A stretch of DNA of 64,000 nt from a bacterium (lineage in GTDB: Bacteria > Patescibacteriota > Minisyncoccia > Moranbacterales > UBA1568), in contig JAKACP010000001.1 in the NCBI GenBank assembly GCA_021821305.1, forward strand, positions 748,421 to 812,420, written 5' to 3'. This document shows, piece after piece, positions 1 through 8,861 of this stretch (positions within the stretch are counted from its first letter, which is position 1; each line of letters begins with the position of its first letter). The position numbers and the translations under genes are program-made. The notes beneath the pieces were generated by a model, which had not been told where the DNA came from, ran no database searches, and saw nothing but the letters and a program-made list of their open reading frames with translations.

Positions 1-106
1 GGCCGTCCATGACGATGCGATGTTCCCAGATCTCGAACGCGGTCAGCGGCAGGCCGAACACATCATAGTAGGCGATGGTGCCGAGAAGATCCTTGGAGAG
101 AGACAT
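1..106 (-). CDS. Partial (N-terminus) conserved CPR protein, probably nucleotidyltransferase-like
   Basis: Manual translation from ATG at 106: MSLSKDLLGTIAYYDVFGLPLTAFEIWEHRIVMDG, running off the window; resembles the YxDxFxxPLTxxEI N-terminus seen in such proteins. Confidence 0.6.
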   Translation of the reverse strand, partial: MSLSKDLLGTIAYYDVFGLPLTAFEIWEHRIVMDG

Positions 107-174
107 AACGGGTGGCCTGTGACATGTGACAAGGAAGGAATCCTTTTTGTCGCTTGTTTCTTGTCACTTGTCCC

Positions 175-2964
175 TTACAGATATTTCGCGGTCGGGCTTT
201 TCTTGCAGGCCTTGAGCGCAGCCGGCGTGCCGGCGCAGATGAGCTCCCCGCCCCTCTGGCCGCCGTCGGGCCCGAGCTCGATCACCCAGTCCGCGTGGTT
301 GATGACATCGGTGCTGTGTTCGACGACGAGTACGGTGTTGCCCTTGTCGACGAGCGCGTCGAGCACGTCGAGGAGCCGCCTCGTGTCCTCGAAATGGAGT
401 CCGATCGTCGGTTCGTCGAGGATATAGAGCGTGTTGCCGCTCGACTTGCGGGCGAGTTCGGTCGCGAGCTTGACGCGCTGCGCCTCGCCGCCGGAGAGCG
501 TCGGCGCGGATTGTCCGAGCACGAGGTACCCTAAGCCCACATCCTCGAGCGTCCGGAGCTTCTCCTCGATCTGCGGCTGGTCGAGAAAGAACGTGCGCGC
601 TTCGGAGACGGTCATGGAAAGCACTTCGGAGATGTTCATGCCGCGCCACTCGATCGAAAGCGTCTTCTGGTTGTAGCGGCTGCCGCCGCAGGTCTCGCAC
701 GGCGCGTACATGTCCGGCAAGAGGTACATCTCGATCTTGCGCATGCCGGCGCCCTGGCAGGCCTCACAGCGGCCTCCGCGCATATTGAAGGAGAAATGGC
801 TCGCGTCGAACCGTTCGCGCTCGGCTTCGGGCGTCGCGGCGAACAGGTCGCGGATATGGTTGAAGACGCCCGTATAGGTCGCGGCATTCGAACGCGGCGT
901 GCGCCCGATGGGATCCTGGTTCACCGTGATGACCTTGTCGATATGCTCGAGCCCCTCGACCCGATCATGCGCGCCGGGAACCGCGAGCGCGCCGTAGAAA
1001 TGGGCGGCGAGGACGCGGGAAAGGATATCATCGACGAGCGAGGATTTCCCCGAGCCGGACACGCCAGACACCGCGACGAACATCCCGAGCGGGATGTGCG
1101 CGTCCACGCCCTTCAAGTTGTGTTCCGTCGCCCCGATTATGGAAAGGAAGCGTCCGTTCCCCTTGCGGACGGTCTTCTTGTTCGAAACCTGCTGTTTGCC
1201 GGAAAGATAGAGGCCGGTCGTCGATTTCGAAGCCATGAGTTTTTCCGGACTGCCGGCGAAGATGACTTCGCCGCCCCGGCGCCCGGCACCCGGACCGAAG
1301 TCGATGATATGGTCGGCCTTCTTCATGATCGCGCGGTCATGCTCGACGACGACGAGCGAGTTGCCGCCTTCGCGGAGCTCGAGCATGGCATCGACGAGAC
1401 GGTCCGTATCCCGGCTGTGGAGACCGACCGACGGTTCGTCGAGGACATAGAGGATTCCGGACAGTCCCGAACGCATCTGCACCGCGAGCCGTATGCGCTG
1501 TGCCTCCCCGCCGGAGACCGTATCCGCCCCGCGGGAGAGATCGAGATACCCGAGACCCACTTTTTCCACCGCGGCGAGCCGCGCGTCCATCTCGCGGAAA
1601 ATGATGTCGGTCACCCGCTTGGCTTCGCCCGTATACGTCTTGGCGAGCGTCCTGAAAAACGGCTGGAGGTCGGCGACGCTCCGCTTCGACATGTCATGGA
1701 TGGAAAGACCGTCGATCTTCACCGACAGCGATTCGGGCTTGAGCCGACGACCCTCGCATTCCGAACACGGTTTCTTCACCATGCACTCCTCGAGCTCCGA
1801 CCGGAAGTGATCCGATCGCGCCTCGCGGTACTTCTGGTCGAGGATGGAGAGCACGCCGGGGAAACCGCCCTCCTTGCCCTCGCCGGAAAGGATGATGCCG
1901 AGCTGTTTCCGCGTCAGCTTCTTCGTCGGGACGGTGAGCGGGATCCGATGCCGGGCGGCGACCTCCTCGAGCACCTTCATCGGGCCGTTGCCGTTGCCGC
2001 GTTCGCCGCCGGTCTTGGCGAGCGGGCGGATCGCGCCTTCGAGTATCGAAAGGTTGGGATTCGGGATCACGAGATCGGGATCGAACTCGAGCGTCACCCC
2101 GAGACCCGAGCACCGCTGGCACGCGCCGACGGGACTGTTGAACGAGAAATGGCTCGGCGTGAAATCGGCGAAGCTCGTGCCGCACGCCTCGCAGAGGAAG
2201 AGGTTCTTGTACGGATGTTCCACGTCGCCGGCGAGCAGGATCATCGAGCCGTTCCCGACCCGGAACGCCGTCTCGAGCGAGTCGAGTATGCGCTCCTTGT
2301 CCGGGCGGGCCGTATCGAGCACGAGGCGGTCGACGACGATGCCGATTTCCGGTCCGGCGTCCTTGCGGCCGGAGAGCGATTCTTCGGCTTCGCGGATCGT
2401 CATCACTTCCCCGTCGACGCGGACGCGGACATAGCCCCATTCGGACGCCTGCGCGAGCATGGCTTCGGGTTTCTTCCCGGAAAACGCTTCCGGAAAGGCG
2501 ACGAACGCGATCTGAGTGCCGTCCGGGAACGCGAGCATCTCGCCCAGTATTTCCATGGGCGTCTTTTTCGAGAGCGCCATGCCGCATCCCGGGCAGTGCG
2601 GGATGCCTTCTTTCGCGAACAGCAGTCGGAGGTAGTCGTAGATTTCCGTCATCGTGCCCACCGTGGAACGCGGACTGCGGGACACGGATTTCTGGTCGAT
2701 GGAGATGGCGGGGATGAGATTGTGTATCGCGTCGACATCCGGCTTGTCGAACGCCTCCATGAAGTTCCTCGCGTACGAGGAGAGCGATTCCATATACCGC
2801 CGGTTGGCTTCGGCGTAGAGCGTGTCGAACGCGAACGAGGATTTGCCGGATCCGGACAGCCCGGTGATGACGACGAAGGATTCCCGCGGGACGTCTGCGC
2901 TTACGTTCTTGAGATTATTCACTCTGGCTCCTCGGACTTCGATGACCGGTTTCTTCATACCCAT
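175..2964 (-). CDS. uvrA: Excinuclease ABC subunit A (paralog 1)
   Basis: GARVNNLKNV, Walker A GLSGSGKSS and GVSGSGKSS, two SGGEAQR signatures, CxxC zinc fingers; start trimmed to MGMKKPVIEV because the upstream ORF extension overlaps uvrC. Confidence 0.95.
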   Translation of the reverse strand: MGMKKPVIEVRGARVNNLKNVSADVPRESFVVITGLSGSGKSSFAFDTLYAEANRRYMESLSSYARNFMEAFDKPDVDAIHNLIPAISIDQKSVSRSPRSTVGTMTEIYDYLRLLFAKEGIPHCPGCGMALSKKTPMEILGEMLAFPDGTQIAFVAFPEAFSGKKPEAMLAQASEWGYVRVRVDGEVMTIREAEESLSGRKDAGPEIGIVVDRLVLDTARPDKERILDSLETAFRVGNGSMILLAGDVEHPYKNLFLCEACGTSFADFTPSHFSFNSPVGACQRCSGLGVTLEFDPDLVIPNPNLSILEGAIRPLAKTGGERGNGNGPMKVLEEVAARHRIPLTVPTKKLTRKQLGIILSGEGKEGGFPGVLSILDQKYREARSDHFRSELEECMVKKPCSECEGRRLKPESLSVKIDGLSIHDMSKRSVADLQPFFRTLAKTYTGEAKRVTDIIFREMDARLAAVEKVGLGYLDLSRGADTVSGGEAQRIRLAVQMRSGLSGILYVLDEPSVGLHSRDTDRLVDAMLELREGGNSLVVVEHDRAIMKKADHIIDFGPGAGRRGGEVIFAGSPEKLMASKSTTGLYLSGKQQVSNKKTVRKGNGRFLSIIGATEHNLKGVDAHIPLGMFVAVSGVSGSGKSSLVDDILSRVLAAHFYGALAVPGAHDRVEGLEHIDKVITVNQDPIGRTPRSNAATYTGVFNHIRDLFAATPEAERERFDASHFSFNMRGGRCEACQGAGMRKIEMYLLPDMYAPCETCGGSRYNQKTLSIEWRGMNISEVLSMTVSEARTFFLDQPQIEEKLRTLEDVGLGYLVLGQSAPTLSGGEAQRVKLATELARKSSGNTLYILDEPTIGLHFEDTRRLLDVLDALVDKGNTVLVVEHSTDVINHADWVIELGPDGGQRGGELICAGTPAALKACKKSPTAKYL

Positions 2965-3049
2965 AGGAAACGCTCGCGCGGAATAAAAGTCGTTCTCCAG
3001 CATACACCGGAATCCGTCCGCTGTAAACCGCCGCCCCGGCGCAGGGATT

Positions 3050-4339
3050 TCAGGCAAGGAAGTCCTTGCCGCGACGGCGCCGATGGTACCCGATCGCGAA
3101 CCGGTGTGCTTCGGCGTTGGCAAGGAGGATGTCCCGGCGATACTCGGCGATCGCCGTCCCGTCGCCCTCGAGACGTTCCGGCTGGTGCTTGCGGTTCTTG
3201 ACCACGCCGACGATCCGGACATCGCTCCAATCGGCACCCGCGAAGAGGCGCTCGGCGACGCCGAGCTGGAGGAACGATCCGTCCACGACGACGATGTCCG
3301 GCTTCGGCCATTCACGGTGCCGGAGCCGCCTCCGCAGGATCTCCTCGAGCGCGGTGAGATCGTTGCCGGCATGCCCGCCGCGGAGAAAGAATTTCCGGTA
3401 CTCGTCCGTATCCGACACGCCGTCTCGGGTCACCGTCATCACCCCCACGCTCGACTTCCCCCCGAGGTGCGCCACGTCATATGCCTCGATGCGTATTCCT
3501 CCCGTTTCCGCGTCCGCGGATCCGGCTTCCCGTTTCAGGAGGGAGACGTCCCGGATATGCCCGAGCGCGAATATGGTCGCCTTGGTATCGTTCGCCCGCT
3601 CGAACTCGAGCCGCGACGCTGCGGCATGCATCTCGCGCGTAAGCTTCCGCACGATTTCGGATTTCTTGCCCTCGAAAAAGAGTTCGATGTTCCGGATGAT
3701 GCGCCCGTATTCCCGGGCGGATATCTCGCCGGTACAGACGCCGGGGCAGAGTCCGATCTGTCGATGGAAGCACGGCTTCCCTTTTTTTCGTATCTCGTGT
3801 CCTGTATCTCGTGTCTTTCCGATTATCGGGACGCACTTGTCACGGAAGGGAAATATCGTCCGGACGATGCGCACCGCTTCCCGAAGCTGGGTGCCGTGCG
3901 GGAACGGGCCGTAGACGGATCGGATCGGCGCCACGAACTTCCCCTCCGCGAGGTCGCGCCCGCGCACGACGAGCACGCGCGGATATTCCTCGTCCGTGAT
4001 GACGACGTGATTGAAACTCTTGTCGTCCTTGGCGTCGGTATTGTACGGAGGCTGGTGCTCCCTGATGAGCCCGGACTCGAGCACGATCGCCTCGAGGACC
4101 GAGTCGACCCCCTGCCAGGATACGCTCCGGACGAGCTCGAGCATCTTCGCGATCTTGGGGCCGCGCGTCGCGAGGATGTCGGACGCGAAATAGCTCCGGA
4201 CCCGGTCGCGCAGACTCGTCGCCTTGCCGATATACAGGATACGACCGTCCTCATCCAGGAAGAAATAGACCCCCGGGGTATCCGGCAGTTTTTTGAGGTT
4301 TCCCGTATCCGTCGTGCCGTCGAATCTCGGTGATTTCAT
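3050..4339 (-). CDS. uvrC: UvrC-like excinuclease (GIY-YIG + UVR + RNase H-like domain), no C-terminal HhH
   Basis: LPDTPGVYFF..LYIGKA..LRDRVRSYF, Cys cluster, FERA UVR motif, RIEAYDVAH, PDIVVVDG, EAHRFAIGYHR. Confidence 0.9.
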   Translation of the reverse strand: MKSPRFDGTTDTGNLKKLPDTPGVYFFLDEDGRILYIGKATSLRDRVRSYFASDILATRGPKIAKMLELVRSVSWQGVDSVLEAIVLESGLIREHQPPYNTDAKDDKSFNHVVITDEEYPRVLVVRGRDLAEGKFVAPIRSVYGPFPHGTQLREAVRIVRTIFPFRDKCVPIIGKTRDTGHEIRKKGKPCFHRQIGLCPGVCTGEISAREYGRIIRNIELFFEGKKSEIVRKLTREMHAAASRLEFERANDTKATIFALGHIRDVSLLKREAGSADAETGGIRIEAYDVAHLGGKSSVGVMTVTRDGVSDTDEYRKFFLRGGHAGNDLTALEEILRRRLRHREWPKPDIVVVDGSFLQLGVAERLFAGADWSDVRIVGVVKNRKHQPERLEGDGTAIAEYRRDILLANAEAHRFAIGYHRRRRGKDFLA

Positions 4340-4378
4340 AGGTATTCCCCTTGTACCACGCCCACCGCGACAAGGCAC

Positions 4379-4407
4379 TTTACATTCGTAAAAAAATATG
4401 TTATAAT
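4379..4407 (+). promoter_or_regulatory. Sigma70-type promoter for ORF 4443
   Basis: TTTACA-17 bp-TATAAT with extended -10 TG. Confidence 0.75.
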
Positions 4408-4442
4408 GATATTTCGTAACTTGAAAAGGGAAGGAGCGGAAA

Positions 4443-4760
4443 ATGGCCGTACACGACCATGAAGTGGTAGGACTGGCGAACAAAGTCATCGAGTTTCTCG
4501 GAAAAACACCCGAGGATGCGAAGCGGGCCCTTGGGCAGGGAAGCTACACCGATGCGCTGCTCGAGAAGGCGGCGTCGGAACTGAACATCACGTTTCGCGA
4601 CCGGGCACGGCACATCTACGTGGCGGGAGCCGTCCGGGACAGGATCACGAGAATCCTCTCCCGACGGACGCGCGGAGAAACGAAACCGGGCCCGATGGGC
4701 AAACCCCCGTCGCCACGCAGGACGCGTATCGAATACACGCTCACTCCGGAAGACGATTGA
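4443..4760 (+). CDS. Hypothetical protein (105 aa)
   Basis: Own promoter, SD GAAGGAG, followed by hairpin plus T-run. Confidence 0.8.
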   Translation: MAVHDHEVVGLANKVIEFLGKTPEDAKRALGQGSYTDALLEKAASELNITFRDRARHIYVAGAVRDRITRILSRRTRGETKPGPMGKPPSPRRTRIEYTLTPEDD

Positions 4761-4767
4761 ACGGCTG

Positions 4768-4835
4768 CAGGCAAGCAACGACTTGCCTGTTTTTTTCGTC
4801 GAAAAAAAGAAAAGGCCCGAGCGTGGTCGGACCTT
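4768..4835. terminator. Back-to-back intrinsic terminators between convergent ORFs
   Basis: GCAGGCAAG..CTTGCCTGT followed by a T-run; second hairpin AAGGCCCGA..TCGGACCTT preceded by an A-run. Confidence 0.65.
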
Positions 4836-4848
4836 ACGAAGACGGGAG

Positions 4849-5298
4849 TCAGTAGAATTCGGATGAGCGGATATTCTTCTCCCTGATGATTGCTGCAAGT
4901 TTCTCGAGCCGTAAGGCGACATAGCTGTCGGCTCCGCGCTTGTCGCGTATGCCGGTATGCCGCGAGAACGCCCCCATATCCCCGGCGAAGTAATCGAGCA
5001 GAGCCCGCGATTCGGTCGGCGACACGCTCTTGAGAAGGAGGCCGATCAGGAACTCGACCGCCTCCACCCGTTGGATGATCGATTCGGGACTTTCCGATTC
5101 GACGCCCATCGACCTCAATGATGTCTCGGCCGACGCGCAGCCGGGGTCCCCGCAGAATTCCGGAAGTCCGCATCCGCAGACCCCCTGGGCGTGCGGGATT
5201 CCCAGCTGTTCCGCCCGTGAAGCGGCCGCATCGGCGAACAGCGCCAATATCCTCCGTTCCCCGGTCCGGTGATTCCCTGCCAGTGCGAAGTCACTCAT
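4849..5298 (-). CDS. Hypothetical protein; C-terminal half resembles a degenerate sigma70 region 4
   Basis: SD-like GAAAGGGG; SPESIIQRVEAVEFLIGLLLKSVSPTESRALLDYF resembles the PEE..L..L..L.PRER.VL..YF entry to region 4; CGCG..C..C cluster. Confidence 0.65.
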   Translation of the reverse strand: MSDFALAGNHRTGERRILALFADAAASRAEQLGIPHAQGVCGCGLPEFCGDPGCASAETSLRSMGVESESPESIIQRVEAVEFLIGLLLKSVSPTESRALLDYFAGDMGAFSRHTGIRDKRGADSYVALRLEKLAAIIREKNIRSSEFY

Positions 5299-5336
5299 CT
5301 CATTCCCCTTTCCCTTCGGTGTGAAAACAACAAAAA

Positions 5337-5390
5337 AACCATCGGATTATCCGATGGTTCAGGAATAACACGGGCGCGGACACCCGTCAA
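5337..5390 (-). promoter_or_regulatory. Promoter with promoter-proximal hairpin plus U-run
   Basis: TTGACG(5390-5385)-17-TATTCC with TG extension, then AACCATCGG-ATAAT-CCGATGGTT and a T-run; the hairpin could also terminate ORF 5387-5725. Confidence 0.55.
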
Positions 5391-5725
5391 ACGGTTTTCG
5401 TGTTCCGCCGAAGCGTCGCGAGGCCGGATTTCGCTTTTTTGACCGACGACGAAGGTTTTTTACCGCACATCCGATCGGCGATGCCCGTCACGTTACGAGG
5501 CGTTCCGTCCCTGCCGATACGGTTGTACACGGAAAACGACATCGATCCGTTCCTCAGTTCATAGAGACTCCTGATGAACGACCACTCCACCCGATACATG
5601 CGCTCCCCCGCTCTCGACCGGATTTCGGTGTCGGACGCGCGGCCGGATGCGGCAAGCTCCGCGGCGATCGCCTCGTTCGTGAGGCTGTTCTTCGGTTCGA
5701 CGAACCACTGATACTCGGACATCAC
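5387..5725 (-). CDS. Hypothetical protein (~111 aa)
   Basis: SD AAGGAG, protein-like composition, co-oriented cluster. Confidence 0.75.
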   Translation of the reverse strand: MMSEYQWFVEPKNSLTNEAIAAELAASGRASDTEIRSRAGERMYRVEWSFIRSLYELRNGSMSFSVYNRIGRDGTPRNVTGIADRMCGKKPSSSVKKAKSGLATLRRNTKTV

Positions 5726-5743
5726 ACACTCCTTTCATCGACT

Positions 5744-6088
5744 CTACTCATCCCCGTAAAAATACACGTCCCGCCCATGGGCGATATCGGCGAACATCGC
5801 GCGGATCACCGGACGGTCCTCCTCCGGGATGGCATCTATGTCTTCCACTTTCTTGCCTCCCTCATCCGCATAGGGTTCCGAACCCGTTCTCCGATATCCG
5901 GCCACGACGACATAGCGGCTTTCGGCGGGGTGCGAGCGCACATGATGATAGAGGATCATCCGCTCCGTCGCATCATCCTTGAAAACGATCTCCTCCGCGG
6001 GCGAGGCTACGCTATACCCGCCGCTCGGATCGACGTAATCCGTGATATCCCACCCGTCGAGCAAGCACCTCCATCTGGCGACTGTCAT
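5744..6088 (-). CDS. Hypothetical protein (114 aa)
   Basis: SD GAAAGGAG before MTVARWRC. Confidence 0.75.
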   Translation of the reverse strand: MTVARWRCLLDGWDITDYVDPSGGYSVASPAEEIVFKDDATERMILYHHVRSHPAESRYVVVAGYRRTGSEPYADEGGKKVEDIDAIPEEDRPVIRAMFADIAHGRDVYFYGDE

Positions 6089-6158
6089 GATATGACTCCT
6101 TTCGCAATGTAAAGAACAGCGGGAATATCCTGTCACGAAAAGACCGGGGCGTCAACGG

Positions 6159-6602
6159 TCAGAGGTCCTCGTCGATCTCGAGGCGATCGGTGCCGTGCCG
6201 ATCGAACTCGTGTCGGTATTTCCGATAGTACCACTCGACGCGCTCCGGGAGCTTGCCGGTCTTCTCGGCCGTATCGATTTCCTCGTCCGAACCGTAGAGG
6301 AAGAAGTCCCGCTCGCCGAGCCGTCCCTCGAGCTCGATCCAGAAGGTATCGTCGTCATACGCGCCGAGCACGCTCTCGACGAGATCGTCGAACGCTTCGC
6401 TCGGAACCGTCTTCCCTTCCTTTTCCTCGAGCCAGTCGTCGATACCCGCCCGGAGCGCCGCGCCGAAGAGCGCCTGCCTGGCCGCGCGCGCCGGACCCAT
6501 GTCGGCACCCGTCACCTCACCGACCGCCTCGCGCATACGGAACCCCGCCTCGGCGGAGAGGAGGATTTCGCGCAGCTCTGCATCGGTGAATTCGTTTTTC
6601 AT
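6159..6602 (-). CDS. Acidic hypothetical protein (147 aa)
   Basis: Start trimmed to MKNEFTDAEL; the upstream part of the ORF overlaps the M48 gene. Confidence 0.75.
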   Translation of the reverse strand: MKNEFTDAELREILLSAEAGFRMREAVGEVTGADMGPARAARQALFGAALRAGIDDWLEEKEGKTVPSEAFDDLVESVLGAYDDDTFWIELEGRLGERDFFLYGSDEEIDTAEKTGKLPERVEWYYRKYRHEFDRHGTDRLEIDEDL

Positions 6603-6661
6603 AGTCTTGAAGCGTACCTCGTTTCCGGGGAGGCGGCAAGCGCCGGGTCCTACGATCGGGG

Positions 6662-7222
6662 TCACCGCATCCTCTTCCGGATCTCGCGATGGTCCGGTAT
6701 CGTCCGCGCGACGAGATCCCAGAACGCCTCGGAATGATCGAACGAGGCGAGGTGGCAGAGCTCGTGCACGACGACATAGTCGGCCATCTCGGGCGGAAGA
6801 AAGAGAAGCCGCCAGTTGAAGGAGAGATTCCCTTGTTTTGAACAGCTCCCCCACCGGGTCTTCTGGTTCCGGACGGAAATACGGCCATACTCGAACCCGT
6901 AGAACCGGTTCCAATGGCGCACGCGTTCGGTGATGAAGGCGAGCGCGCGTTCGCGGTGCCGCCCGTAGTCATCCGTTCCGCCGCGGGAAAAGAGCGACGA
7001 CGGGTCCCGCACGGGTCGATCGAGTTTGCCGAATATCCACTCCGCCTTCTCACGGAGGAACCGTTCCGCGAAAAACGTCGGAACGAAGCGCGGCATGCTC
7101 ACCGCCACCCGGCCGTCGCACGATATGCTCATCCGGATGCGCGTCGAGCGGCCGCTCCGCCTGAGCTCATAGGTCAACGTCCGGTCTCCGAGGAGGATGG
7201 TCTTGCGTGCCGATCGGCGCAT
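6662..7222 (-). CDS. M48/YgjP (DUF45) family zinc metalloprotein
   Basis: QKTRWGSCS, YVVVHELCHL (HExxH), HSEAFW. Confidence 0.9.
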   Translation of the reverse strand: MRRSARKTILLGDRTLTYELRRSGRSTRIRMSISCDGRVAVSMPRFVPTFFAERFLREKAEWIFGKLDRPVRDPSSLFSRGGTDDYGRHRERALAFITERVRHWNRFYGFEYGRISVRNQKTRWGSCSKQGNLSFNWRLLFLPPEMADYVVVHELCHLASFDHSEAFWDLVARTIPDHREIRKRMR

Positions 7223-7262
7223 AGGCGAAATATGAGACTGTCCGCTCGAGCGGAAAGAGCCG

Positions 7263-7472
7263 TCAATGGAATGTCGGCGCCTTCGGGCCGTCCTCGTCCT
7301 CGCCGGTACCGGGATCGGTCTTCCCGTCGTCGATCTGTCTGATGAGATCATCCACGAGATCCGGCGGGATGGGAAGTTCGTGCCGCTGTCGATCGGGGGC
7401 GGCGTCAGGCACGGTCTCCTGGAGGCCCGGACGCACCTCCGGGATTTCGAAATTGTTTTCCGGGTTCATCAT
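7263..7472 (-). CDS. Small acidic hypothetical protein (69 aa)
   Basis: MMNPENNFEIPE...; fills the gap between co-oriented genes. Confidence 0.55.
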   Translation of the reverse strand: MMNPENNFEIPEVRPGLQETVPDAAPDRQRHELPIPPDLVDDLIRQIDDGKTDPGTGEDEDGPKAPTFH

Positions 7473-7486
7473 AGAGGCAGGACGGA

Positions 7487-8119
7487 TCACTGTCCCATCA
7501 TATTTTTCACGTCTTCCGGCAGTTCCGGCATCTGTTCCTGGTACTGCTTCATCATCTCCGTCTGCTGTTTCAGCATCGCGCACTGATCCGTGAAGACGAT
7601 GTCGGATGGGACGGAGACATCGACCGAATCGGCTTCCCGGCACGAGATACCCGGGATATTGCCGATGGCTTCCTCGGGCGCCGCGTACTGCTCCTGCACC
7701 GGTGCGTCGCCGGTCTTGGGGAGATCGTCCGCCAGATCCTTCATGCAGTCCATATCCATCTTCATCCCCTGCTTCGAACCCTCGAGGAAGCTGTGGATGG
7801 TTTTCCCGTCGGAAATCGAGATATAGGTCCCCTGCGGAGTCTCCACCTCGGTCCGATAGCGGTCACGCTCGGCATACATTTTCACGGACGTTTCCTGGGC
7901 GTCACCGCCCGTCACCCGATATTCGCACACCATGGACTTCCCGGCCGCGAGCCCCTCTATCCACTGCGCGATACCGCTCTCCTCCTGCGACTGCTCCACG
8001 ACCGACGGCTGCTCGTCGCCCGCCTGCGGAGACGCGTCATCCCGCATCATGAAAAATGCCGCCGATGCGGCTCCGACCAGCAGGATGAACGCTCCCGCCG
8101 CTATCATCGCCTTGTTCAT
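7487..8119 (-). CDS. Membrane-anchored or secreted hypothetical protein
   Basis: N-terminal hydrophobic helix, beta-rich domain with four Cys. Confidence 0.8.
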   Translation of the reverse strand: MNKAMIAAGAFILLVGAASAAFFMMRDDASPQAGDEQPSVVEQSQEESGIAQWIEGLAAGKSMVCEYRVTGGDAQETSVKMYAERDRYRTEVETPQGTYISISDGKTIHSFLEGSKQGMKMDMDCMKDLADDLPKTGDAPVQEQYAAPEEAIGNIPGISCREADSVDVSVPSDIVFTDQCAMLKQQTEMMKQYQEQMPELPEDVKNMMGQ

Positions 8120-8251
8120 AGGTATGCGTTACCGGTTACGATGTCAGTATACTCCTCCGCGGCCTGTCGAGAAAGCCTCCCGACGCTCCCATGAAACGCG
8201 GCCGTCGGATTTCTTTACGGGGGCAGGAAAATCCGTTACACTGACCGCGTT

Positions 8252-8794
8252 ATGGTCAAAAAACAGCAGCCAACCGAACAACGCCCGCATGAAAGCCGTC
8301 TGGAGCGGCTCGCGCTCGACGCCCCGAAGCGCGTCGGCTCCCCCGAATCGCTCCTCTTCCACACGATATTCTTCGTGGGGATTTTTTCCCTGGAATGGTT
8401 CGGCGTCCCGTTCGAGCGGATCCTCCTCGTCCTGACCACGGTCGTCTCGCTTGAGGCGATCTACCTCGCGATCTTCATCCAGATGACGGTGAACCGCCAG
8501 GCGGCCCAGATCGAGGAAGTGAGCGAGGACGTGGAAGAACTCTCGGAAAACGTCGAGGACATATCCGAGGATGTCGAGGAGATTTCCAAGGATATCGACA
8601 CCATCCAGGAAGACGTGAAGGAGATCAGCGAGGATGTCGAAGAGATCAGCGAGGATGTCGAAGAACTCGGCGAAGAGATCGAAAAGGACGACAAGGAGGA
8701 CGCGGCGGAACGCCATCAGGACCTGCGCCGTATCGAGCGCGTGGAATCCGTCCTCGAGGAGCTGCTCCGGGAAATCCGTGACATGAAAAAATGA
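8252..8794 (+). CDS. DUF1003-like membrane protein with acidic heptad coiled coil
   Basis: Two TM segments, SLEAIYLAIFIQMTVNRQ motif, then repeated VEEISED-type heptads. Confidence 0.85.
   Translation: MVKKQQPTEQRPHESRLERLALDAPKRVGSPESLLFHTIFFVGIFSLEWFGVPFERILLVLTTVVSLEAIYLAIFIQMTVNRQAAQIEEVSEDVEELSENVEDISEDVEEISKDIDTIQEDVKEISEDVEEISEDVEELGEEIEKDDKEDAAERHQDLRRIERVESVLEELLREIRDMKK
8510..8677 (+). repeat. Eight degenerate 21-bp tandem coding repeats
   Basis: IEEVSED VEELSEN VEDISED VEEISKD IDTIQED VKEISED VEEISED VEELGEE; GAGATCAGCGAGGATGTCGAAGA recurs. Confidence 0.85.
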
Positions 8795-8861
8795 TCGACG
8801 CCGCGCCGATGCCGGGCGGACACAAAAAGGCCCCGACTGATTCCAGTCGGGGCCGAACGTT

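Noticed and set aside
8510-8677. Tandem repeats as a CRISPR array
   Set aside because: Contiguous degenerate coding repeats with no unique spacers; no cas genes in the window
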